Under the pieces are notes generated by a model. It made no database searches. It was not told the DNA's origin and saw only the letters and a program-made list of their open reading frames with translations. A DNA stretch of 64,000 nucleotides from the IMG/VR virus record IMGVR_UViG_3300027816_000052, positions 1 to 64,000 of that record; one strand, written 5' to 3'. A program made the translations under genes and the position numbers. Numbering within the stretch: the stretch's first letter is position 1; the number at the start of each line of letters is the position of its first letter. This document shows, one piece after another, positions 35,879 to 42,247 of the stretch.

Positions 35879-35954
35879 TGGTGGACCGGAAGGGATTCGA
35901 ACCCTCATCCTCCTGAGTGCAAATCAGGTGCTCATCCAGTTGAGCTACCAGCCC
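35879..35954 (-). tRNA. tRNA-Ala(UGC), CCA encoded
   Basis: GGGCTGG/CCGGTCC with G3:U70; CCTGA-TTTGCAC-TCAGG. Confidence 0.95.
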
Positions 35955-36063
35955 ATGTTCCCGTTTTTCTTCATCATTTAGTTCACCACCCAGATGAACA
36001 AGTGGTGGATTTTGCTTTTGGAAGTCTGCATTACAGACCGTCACCACGGGAAAACCAACGCAG

Positions 36064-36138
36064 TAGTTCCTGTGTGACTTGAACACACGCCCTTTCGAAT
36101 GTAAATCGAACGCTCTAAACCAACTGAGCTAAGGAACT
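36064..36138 (-). tRNA. tRNA-Val(UAC)
   Basis: AGTTCCT/AGGAACT; TTCGA-TTTACAT-TCGAA. Confidence 0.9.
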
Positions 36139-36146
36139 ATATTTCG

Positions 36147-36218
36147 CACCCCCTGAAGAATTCGAATCCTCACCAACGATGTTGGAGATCGTTACTCTAC
36201 CAATTGAGCTAAAGGGGT
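36147..36218 (-). tRNA. tRNA-Trp(CCA)
   Basis: ACCCCTT/AGGGGGT; ACGAT-CTCCAAC-ATCGT; G73. Confidence 0.9.
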
Positions 36219-36228
36219 ATGTATTTTG

Positions 36229-36304
36229 GGTGAATAACGAGACTCGAACTCGCAAAAATCCGGGACCACAATCCGGAGTGTATACCAATTCCACCATATT
36301 CACC
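36229..36304 (-). tRNA. tRNA-His(GUG) with encoded G-1
   Basis: G-GTGAATA/TATTCAC-C; loop TTGTGGT. Confidence 0.9.
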
Positions 36305-36312
36305 ATAATTCG

Positions 36313-36391
36313 TACTCCCGGTGAGAATCGAACTCACACCCTTTCGGATCTGTTCCTAAAACAGACGCGGCTACCGTTACGCCACAGGAGT
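36313..36391 (-). tRNA. tRNA-Leu(UAG)
   Basis: ACTCCTG/CGGGAGT; TCTGT-TTTAGGA-ACAGA; variable arm. Confidence 0.9.
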
Positions 36392-36402
36392 GTTTAACAT
36401 CA

Positions 36403-36433
36403 CAAAGATATAACTTTATTTTCTTATCTCCAA
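36403..36433 (-). promoter_or_regulatory. Bacteroidota-type promoter for the Leu-His-Trp-Val-Ala tRNA run
   Basis: TTG-N20-TATCTTTG. Confidence 0.8.
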
Positions 36434-36442
36434 ATTAAACTG

Positions 36443-36514
36443 AGGTCGAAGTGAGAATCGAACTCACGTAAGAAGTTTTGCAGACTTCCGCCTAAACCAC
36501 TCGACCATTCGACC
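36443..36514 (-). tRNA. tRNA-Cys(GCA)
   Basis: GGTCGAA/TTCGACC; GAAGT-CTGCAAA-ACTTC; U73. Confidence 0.92.
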
Positions 36515-36700
36515 TTACTTTTCACCTAATTTTCTAATAATACCTCCCTTAGCTTCATACCAAGTACCCTGATAATTAAATTCAAATCCGGTATCTCTCA
36601 TACAAATACCCATAAATTCACCGTCTCTTGTTTTTAAACCAACCCCTGAAAAAACATCTTCAAGAATTATTTCACCGTTTTCATCTGTTGTTAATTTCAT
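36515..36700 (-). CDS. Small hypothetical protein (start re-called at MKLTTD)
   Basis: The longer call overlaps tRNA-Arg. Confidence 0.6.
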   Translation of the reverse strand: MKLTTDENGEIILEDVFSGVGLKTRDGEFMGICMRDTGFEFNYQGTWYEAKGGIIRKLGEK

Positions 36701-36717
36701 AATTTTAATTTTTTTTG

Positions 36718-36789
36718 TATCCCCCGAAGGATTCGAACCCTCACCAACTGAGTCGAAATCAGGTATGCTATCCATTACACTAGAGGGAC
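36718..36789 (-). tRNA. tRNA-Arg(UCG)
   Basis: GTCCCTC/GGGGGAT; CCTGA-TTTCGAC-TCAG; GAGGG-TTCGAAT-CCTTC. Confidence 0.85.
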
Positions 36790-37049
36790 TTTTTCTCTTT
36801 TCTTTTTTTCCATTCTACAGCAAGTGCTGCTCCAATAAAAGCGCCTAACATTGCAGCACCAAATAAACGTGTATCATTTACATAATTTACAGTGGTGAAA
36901 GCACCAAATAAAACAATTAATGCTGACCATATTCCGGATGCGATAGTTTTTCTTTCCTCCACTTTAATAAAATATAAAGTCCATGCAATATCAGCTAAAA
37001 TCATGGAAAACATAACCAGCAAAAATTTTAATTCAAAGGGTATATTCAT
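36780..37049 (-). CDS. Small three-TM membrane protein
   Basis: Three hydrophobic helices. Confidence 0.65.
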   Translation of the reverse strand: MNIPFELKFLLVMFSMILADIAWTLYFIKVEERKTIASGIWSALIVLFGAFTTVNYVNDTRLFGAAMLGAFIGAALAVEWKKRKEKKSL

Positions 37050-37492
37050 CTTTTTAATAATTTATCACATTTATTTTTCCAATTTGATGAGAGACATGAA
37101 ATTGGTGTTACTTTTGTAAGTTGATTAATTAATCTAATTTCTTGTGGATTATCATCCAAATGAAATACAAAATCATTTCCATTCTTTTTAAACCACCAAG
37201 CCTTTGGGTCGTGGTTTGTAAAAATCACTCGTTCCCTTGGGATTCCTAAATCTTTCGCCACCAAAAACAAATCTTCTTCATTTGACCACCAAAGAACATC
37301 ATCGTCTCTTTTAAAAGTTTCATCATCAGGATATTTCTTTCTGAAAAATTCTTTTGGATTTTCCGGTCTTGAGGTAACAATCCATACCTCAATGTTGGAA
37401 TCTTCAATTAATTCCTTACAATAATTTTGTATGAACAGCGAATGACCAAGACAATCATCAAAATCAAAACTTACTTTTTTCATGCTAACCAA
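37046..37492 (-). CDS. HAD-superfamily phosphatase/nucleotidase-like protein
   Basis: VSFDFDDCL, VWIVTSR and HLDDN motifs. Confidence 0.75.
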   Translation of the reverse strand: MVSMKKVSFDFDDCLGHSLFIQNYCKELIEDSNIEVWIVTSRPENPKEFFRKKYPDDETFKRDDDVLWWSNEEDLFLVAKDLGIPRERVIFTNHDPKAWWFKKNGNDFVFHLDDNPQEIRLINQLTKVTPISCLSSNWKNKCDKLLKR

Positions 37493-37782
37493 CGAATTAA
37501 ATATTTTGCTTGCATTTGAGATGTAAAATCAGCCTCACCCATATCTGTAACAGGAATTTCAAAACTTATCACTTCAGTATCCTCACCACCATCTCCCAAA
37601 AATAATGAATAATAAGCAACACCGAGTCTGATTTTATCAAAAAACGCTATTGGATTGTTTTTATATAGCATTTTTTTAATTTCGTTTTTTCTTATTGTAT
37701 TTAATTTTTTATCCATTTTATCTAAAGTTATTTTATCAACGCTATCCATTGCTTCTTTATATAATTCTTCGTCTGTCTTCAT
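37480..37782 (-). CDS. Hypothetical protein
   Basis: 100-aa ORF. Confidence 0.6.
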   Translation of the reverse strand: MKTDEELYKEAMDSVDKITLDKMDKKLNTIRKNEIKKMLYKNNPIAFFDKIRLGVAYYSLFLGDGGEDTEVISFEIPVTDMGEADFTSQMQAKYLIRWLA

Positions 37783-39296
37783 CGTATTAAATTAATATTA
37801 CCAATTTTATTAATTAAGTTATTAGCTATAATTCCGCTAAATTTATAAACATAAACACCATTCTGACAATTAAGCCCATCCCATGATTCGTTTTGATTGG
37901 TAAATTCATAAATTTTCTCACCCCAACTATTATAAATTTGCATTTTAAAATTTTCAATTTTTGAAATTGTTGTTACTTTAAATGAATCATTTATATTATC
38001 ATAATCGGGTGAAAATGTGTTAGGAATATAAATATCTCCACAAATTTCTGAATAAATTTCTAATGTTGTTAAATCGCCAAAACAACCAAATTCATTTATC
38101 TCATAAACACTTAATATGTTTTCAAAATTAGAAATGTTTGGTAAATTTATTGTTATAGTATTTTGTGTCAAATTTAATGTATCTTGATTTAAAATCCAAA
38201 TATATGAAGAATTTATATTACCAGTTGTTAAAAATTGTAAAGTTCTATCGAATTCTGAGCAATTTACAAAACTATTTTCACCGATAATAATAACATCTTC
38301 AGGATTTGGATTCACAACAACTAATATCGAATCGTTGTTTCTACAACCAAAAGAATCAATAAATGTATATTCAACCCAATTTGTTCCAAATTGTGGTAAA
38401 TAATTAGGACCAATATTCCAAGTACCACCAATAGGGAATGCTTGCATTTGAACCGGTGAATCATTAAAACATAGTGTGTCAACAGGATTAATTAATACTA
38501 CAGGTAATTGATTTACGTTTACAGTAAAAATAGTTGTATCTATACAATTATTAATTGTTTCTTCAATAATACTAATTTGTTGAGTCCCTATATTATTCCA
38601 AATATTTATTTGGGGATTACCTGTATAAAAAATTGAGTTATTTGTTGGATTTGCTAATTCATGAATTGTCGTATCCCCAAGACATACGGTTTGGACCAAT
38701 GGGGTTATTGGATTACTTTCAAAGTCTAAAGGAATATTGGTACCATTAAATAAATTAAATGGTGATAGATTACAGTTATTATTTCCCCAAGATCCCCAAG
38801 TACCGTCAGCACCAGCGGTTATTTGAATTATAATGTCCTCAGAGGAACATGTCTCAACAACTGTGGTTGTAAAACAAAAATTCCATGTACAATTTCCAAA
38901 ATCACCCCAATCATTACCGGGATTTCCATCAATAACACCACCTTGATTTGTTTCAAAAAACCAACCCGGTCCAGCAGAAATACCCGTTGATGATGATGTT
39001 ACCGTACCAGAAATCCAAACCCAATTACCAGAACCACCATTACAATTGGTAGGTGATGCTTGCGGAATAGGGGGTGTTAAAGAAGGACTTAGATTAATTT
39101 CAAATCCCTCAACCCAATTTGAACTAACGTTCAAACCGTTCCAACCATTCATTGTATAACACACATTTAAAACAGTTCCACTAGCGTATTGACCATTAAT
39201 TGGGGTTGGGTTTATTGAAAAACTTTCAATCCCATTACATTGATTAAACGCTAAATTACTAATTAAAGTAAAAATTATTAATAATACTTTTTTCAT
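37779..39296 (-). CDS. Secreted protein with gliding-motility-associated (T9SS type B) C-terminal domain
   Basis: Signal peptide; Ig/PKD-like repeats; C-terminal IYIPNTFSPDYDNINDSF...IYNSWGEKIY...WDG...GVYVY...GNINLIR. Confidence 0.85.
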   Translation of the reverse strand: MKKVLLIIFTLISNLAFNQCNGIESFSINPTPINGQYASGTVLNVCYTMNGWNGLNVSSNWVEGFEINLSPSLTPPIPQASPTNCNGGSGNWVWISGTVTSSSTGISAGPGWFFETNQGGVIDGNPGNDWGDFGNCTWNFCFTTTVVETCSSEDIIIQITAGADGTWGSWGNNNCNLSPFNLFNGTNIPLDFESNPITPLVQTVCLGDTTIHELANPTNNSIFYTGNPQINIWNNIGTQQISIIEETINNCIDTTIFTVNVNQLPVVLINPVDTLCFNDSPVQMQAFPIGGTWNIGPNYLPQFGTNWVEYTFIDSFGCRNNDSILVVVNPNPEDVIIIGENSFVNCSEFDRTLQFLTTGNINSSYIWILNQDTLNLTQNTITINLPNISNFENILSVYEINEFGCFGDLTTLEIYSEICGDIYIPNTFSPDYDNINDSFKVTTISKIENFKMQIYNSWGEKIYEFTNQNESWDGLNCQNGVYVYKFSGIIANNLINKIGNINLIR

Positions 39297-39462
39297 TTTT
39301 TATAAAAAATTAAGAGTTTAAACCACCACTTCCACCACATGAATTTTAATGTTAAAAGACCTTCTGGGTCATGGTAGTATATGATTGTTGGAATTAAAGG
39401 TTTATGGTCCTCGATAATAAATCGCTTTGACCTATCTGTTCTAATTTTCATGTTTGTTAATT

Positions 39463-39735
39463 TTATCGTTTACAATAATTCCATATTTCTTCCGCTGTAT
39501 TCCATTCCGAACCAACGTTTAACATACCGATTGGGTCTTCTTTAAACCACATTCGTTCTTTCCATTCACCAGTACCATTTAATCTAAAATAACTTATAAT
39601 TGAGAGTGAGATATTACTTGGTTCTAGTTCATTTGGGTCATTTGCGGAATTACCAATCCAATGGTCGATAAATCCATCTTTACAATAAATTCGTCGAAAT
39701 TTAACCCACCCTTCTTGTAGTTTTTCGGTTTTCAT
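39463..39735 (-). CDS. Hypothetical protein
   Basis: 90-aa ORF. Confidence 0.55.
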   Translation of the reverse strand: MKTEKLQEGWVKFRRIYCKDGFIDHWIGNSANDPNELEPSNISLSIISYFRLNGTGEWKERMWFKEDPIGMLNVGSEWNTAEEIWNYCKR

Positions 39736-39989
39736 ATAATTTCTAATGATATTAAACTCATAAATCTATCATGTGAGTCTAAAGAATAATAAATTCTAAC
39801 TTTTTGACCTTGTTCACTTATTAATTCTTTAAAATGTTTATGAATTAAAATTTTAACATCTTTATTTATCACCATAAATAAATGATTTTCTTTAAAATCA
39901 AGTTCAGATGGAATTTCTGTGTAATAAACATTTTTAATAATCAACTCAATAAAAGGGAATTTGTTTGTGTATGATGTTTCAATATTCAT
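39732..39989 (-). CDS. Hypothetical protein
   Basis: 85-aa ORF. Confidence 0.55.
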   Translation of the reverse strand: MNIETSYTNKFPFIELIIKNVYYTEIPSELDFKENHLFMVINKDVKILIHKHFKELISEQGQKVRIYYSLDSHDRFMSLISLEII

Positions 39990-40005
39990 TATTATTAATT
40001 TTTAG

Positions 40006-40079
40006 TTGTCCCACTCTGACTCGAACAGAGAACCTCCACATTATCAGTGTGACGATCTAACCAATTGATCTATGAGACA
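40006..40079 (-). tRNA. tRNA-Ile(GAU)
   Basis: TGTCTCA/TGGGACA; TCACA-CTGATAA-TGTGG. Confidence 0.92.
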
Positions 40080-40321
40080 ATAAGTGGTTATTTTATCGCT
40101 TTTATCCCTTGATCAGAGGGGAAGTGCTCGTAAAATAACCAAAACCAAACTTCAAATATCATTATATGTTCTATATAAAATTCGACAAAAGATAAACCCT
40201 AAAAAGCAACAAATCAAATTTATAATGGTAACATCATAAGATTGGGGATATAATATTTGTGTATATACACCAGCTAGGAATAAGGTAATGTAAGATAATA
40301 CTTTAAGTACGTGTTTCATTT

Positions 40322-40570
40322 TTATATAAAATAAGGTCCGTAGATAACACCCCCTGACTCAACAACACCCTTTTCCATTTCCCAAGCTTTTTTTAATGCT
40401 TCTTTAAGGGTATATACAGGACTAGCACCATTACCCCTAATTAACATGTGTGCGTGTTTGAAAACTCTTTTCTTTGAGATTTCTTTGGGAAAAATGATTA
40501 AGCTATTATCGCTATTTTTTTGATTTAAATAACGAGTTAACATTCCTTTTTTTGGTTCCATATCATTCAT
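40322..40570 (-). CDS. Hypothetical protein
   Basis: 82 aa; VFKHAH...EALKKAWEMEK motif. Confidence 0.6.
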   Translation of the reverse strand: MNDMEPKKGMLTRYLNQKNSDNSLIIFPKEISKKRVFKHAHMLIRGNGASPVYTLKEALKKAWEMEKGVVESGGVIYGPYFI

Positions 40571-40717
40571 TGTTTTTTTCTTTATCTTTAATTTCTTCTA
40601 TACGTCTGATGGTTGAGGGTTTAGTACATCTTCCACCGTAACCACAAAGATACGAAAGATTTCTGGTTTTTCTACGCACAATTTTACCTTGTTTACTCAT
40701 TTTGATTTTTTTATATG

Positions 40718-40789
40718 CGGTCTATGACGGGTTCGATCCGTCTACTCTACCGTGACAGGGTAGGATGATAGCCATTTCACCAATAGACC
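40718..40789 (-). tRNA. tRNA-Asp(GUC)
   Basis: GGTCTAT/ATAGACC; CTACC-CTGTCAC-GGTAG; T-loop ATCGAAC. Confidence 0.88.
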
Positions 40790-40800
40790 AAAAGAAATTG

Positions 40801-40872
40801 AGGACTCGGAGAATTACGATATCTCGACCTAAAAGTTAACAGCTTTTTGCTCTGCCCCTGAGCTACGAGTCC
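40801..40872 (-). tRNA. tRNA-Asn(GUU)
   Basis: GGACTCG/CGAGTCC; AAAAG-CTGTTAA-CTTTT; atypical T-arm. Confidence 0.82.
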
Positions 40873-40878
40873 TTATTG

Positions 40879-40951
40879 TGGTACTTCGTGGTTCCGAGCC
40901 ACGCTCCTCCCGTCTTCAGCGGGATGCTTTCACCAGATTAGCTTAAGTACC
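40879..40951 (-). tRNA. tRNA-Phe(GAA)
   Basis: GGTACTT/AAGTACC; TCCCG-CTGAAGA-CGGGA; T-loop CTCGGAA. Confidence 0.85.
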
Positions 40952-41006
40952 GTTATCAGTTACAAAACCTCTCAAATTAGGAACTTCACCGATGTAGTTT
41001 TTTTAG

Positions 41007-41090
41007 TGGAAGTAGTAAGACTCGAACTTACGAACCCCTTTCGGAGAAGTGATTTACAGTCACTTGGAATTGCCGCTATCCGATACTTCC
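41007..41090 (-). tRNA. tRNA-Tyr(GUA)
   Basis: GGAAGTA/TACTTCC; AGTGA-CTGTAAA-TCACT; long variable arm. Confidence 0.92.
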
Positions 41091-41094
41091 ATTT

Positions 41095-41158
41095 GCTGTC
41101 TCTCCATGCTGTCAATGCGGATGTTTTATCATGAATTTAGGTACCTCGCATTGCTCCC
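41095..41158 (-). ncRNA. Small RNA with TGACAG-N3-GGAGAGAC motif (copy 1)
   Basis: CAATGCG/CGCATTG stem followed by a motif shared with 42034..42103. Confidence 0.55.
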
Positions 41159-41164
41159 ATATTG

Positions 41165-41236
41165 TAGTCCCGACGAGAATCGAACTCGCATTACCGGAGT
41201 GAAAATCCGGGTTCCGAACCATTAGAAGACGGGACC
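41165..41236 (-). tRNA. tRNA-Glu(UUC)
   Basis: GGTCCCG/CGGGACT; CCGGA-TTTTCAC-TCCGG. Confidence 0.9.
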
Positions 41237-41260
41237 ATTTAAAATTTTAATGAACTAAAG

Positions 41261-41334
41261 CTGTCCCGGAAGGGGTCGAACCTTCAAACTTCCCCTTCAA
41301 AGGGGGATGACTTTGCCAATTTGTCTACAGGACA
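41261..41334 (-). tRNA. tRNA-Gln(UUG)
   Basis: TGTCCTG/CGGGACA; TCCCC-CTTTGAA-GGGGA; G73. Confidence 0.9.
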
Positions 41335-41339
41335 ATAAG

Positions 41340-41473
41340 CGGGGGAGGTTGGATTCGCACCAACAATCGTTACATTTCAGAGTAATTGCTTTACTGTTTC
41401 GAAGTATCTCATATTCTCACCACTCGGACGAGGGAAAATGAAATGAGTTTTTCTTTTTATTAGCTTCTCCCCC
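41340..41473 (-). ncRNA. tRNA-like RNA with large D-loop insertion and 8-nt anticodon loop
   Basis: GGGGGAG/CTCCCCC, GCT/AGC D-stem, TTAC/GTAA, GTTGG-TGCGAAT-CCAAC. Confidence 0.7.
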
Positions 41474-41485
41474 AAGAAATTATAG

Positions 41486-41568
41486 TGGATGTTGACGGAA
41501 TCGAACCGCGTTTCCAAACAGCACCCCCAACCTCATCATGAACGGTCGGTCAAGGTTTAGCAACACCC
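41486..41568 (-). ncRNA. tmRNA-TLD-like / Ala-acceptor tRNA-like RNA (83 nt)
   Basis: GGGTGTTG/CAACATCC with G3:U70, A73, T-loop TTCGATT, no D-stem. Confidence 0.7.
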
Positions 41569-41579
41569 AAAAAAGTTAG

Positions 41580-41653
41580 TTCTCCCAGCGAGACTCGAAC
41601 TCACAACTCCCATATTAAAAGTATGGTACTCTAACCAATTGAGTTACAGGAGA
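41580..41653 (-). tRNA. tRNA-Lys(UUU)
   Basis: TCTCCTG/TGGGAGA; CCATA-CTTTTAA-TATGG. Confidence 0.9.
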
Positions 41654-41658
41654 TTATG

Positions 41659-41792
41659 TGATGAGTGATGGATTCGAACCACCATAAGCTGCTTCGTTTA
41701 GGATATCCTCTAAGCAACAGCGGGATATGTATAGTGTTGGGTAACTATATCACTAATATCCACCGCAACCCGTTCCCTTGGGCTATCTCATC
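41659..41792 (-). ncRNA. tRNA-like RNA with extended anticodon and variable arms
   Basis: GATGAG/CTCATC, GCCC/GGGT D-stem, GGTGG-TTCGAAT-CCATC T-arm, no canonical anticodon loop. Confidence 0.7.
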
Positions 41793-41797
41793 AAATT

Positions 41798-41942
41798 GAG
41801 AGGACACCGATACCTCCTCTCTGGGTGGGTCTAATTTCGAATTCTTTTATGACTTGTTCTGAAAGTCGCCAACATACTCATCATTTCTGATTTAGTCATT
41901 GCACGTCCCACTTAACTTTAAACGCGGTCGGTTTTAAGGTAT
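41798..41942 (-). ncRNA. Candidate structured RNA downstream of tRNA-Pro
   Basis: GTGGG/CCCAC, GACTT/AAGTC, GAGAGGA/TCCTCTC, ATACCT/AGGTAT. Confidence 0.45.
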
Positions 41943-41950
41943 GTATTGTG

Positions 41951-42026
41951 TCGAGGTGAGAGGATTTGAACCTCCATGATATCTTCGCCCCAAACGAAGA
42001 GACTTAGCCAATTAGTCCACACCTCG
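41951..42026 (-). tRNA. tRNA-Pro(UGG)
   Basis: CGAGGTG/CACCTCG; CTTCG-TTTGGGG-CGAAG. Confidence 0.9.
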
Positions 42027-42033
42027 ATAATTA

Positions 42034-42103
42034 ATCGTCTCTCCGATCTGTCACACTTATTCATTGTTACGTCGATTGACACTAAGTGTTTAAATTCAAT
42101 CGA
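42034..42103 (-). ncRNA. Small pseudoknot RNA with TGACAG-N3-GGAGAGAC motif (copy 2)
   Basis: TCGATTGA/TCAATCGA stem, ACACTT/AAGTGT pseudoknot, ATCG-GAGAGA-CGAT hairpin. Confidence 0.6.
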
Positions 42104-42168
42104 ACATGATAATAATCAAATTATTATTATCTAAATTTCTTGGTATTACAATATGTCAACGAACGTCA

Positions 42169-42199
42169 CAAAGTTATGTCTTATTCTTCAAACTACCAA
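42169..42199 (-). promoter_or_regulatory. Bacteroidota-type promoter for the main tRNA/ncRNA operon
   Basis: TTG-N20-TAACTTTG. Confidence 0.75.
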
Positions 42200-42220
42200 A
42201 ACTTTTTTGGTATAAAATTT

Positions 42221-42247
42221 AAAACCCCGGATTTTTTGTCCGGGGTT
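42221..42247 (-). terminator. Intrinsic terminator
   Basis: AACCCCGGA-N7-TCCGGGGTT followed by U-rich sequence on the minus strand. Confidence 0.7.

Noticed and set aside
35847-36397. ORFs 35847..36086, 36115..36306 and 36179..36397
   Set aside because: They are translations of the tRNA cluster.
41400-41450. glmS or HDV-like ribozyme inside the D-loop insertion
   Set aside because: GACGAGG lies on the non-transcribed strand, and the TCCCTCGT segment does not fit the HDV P1-P4 order.
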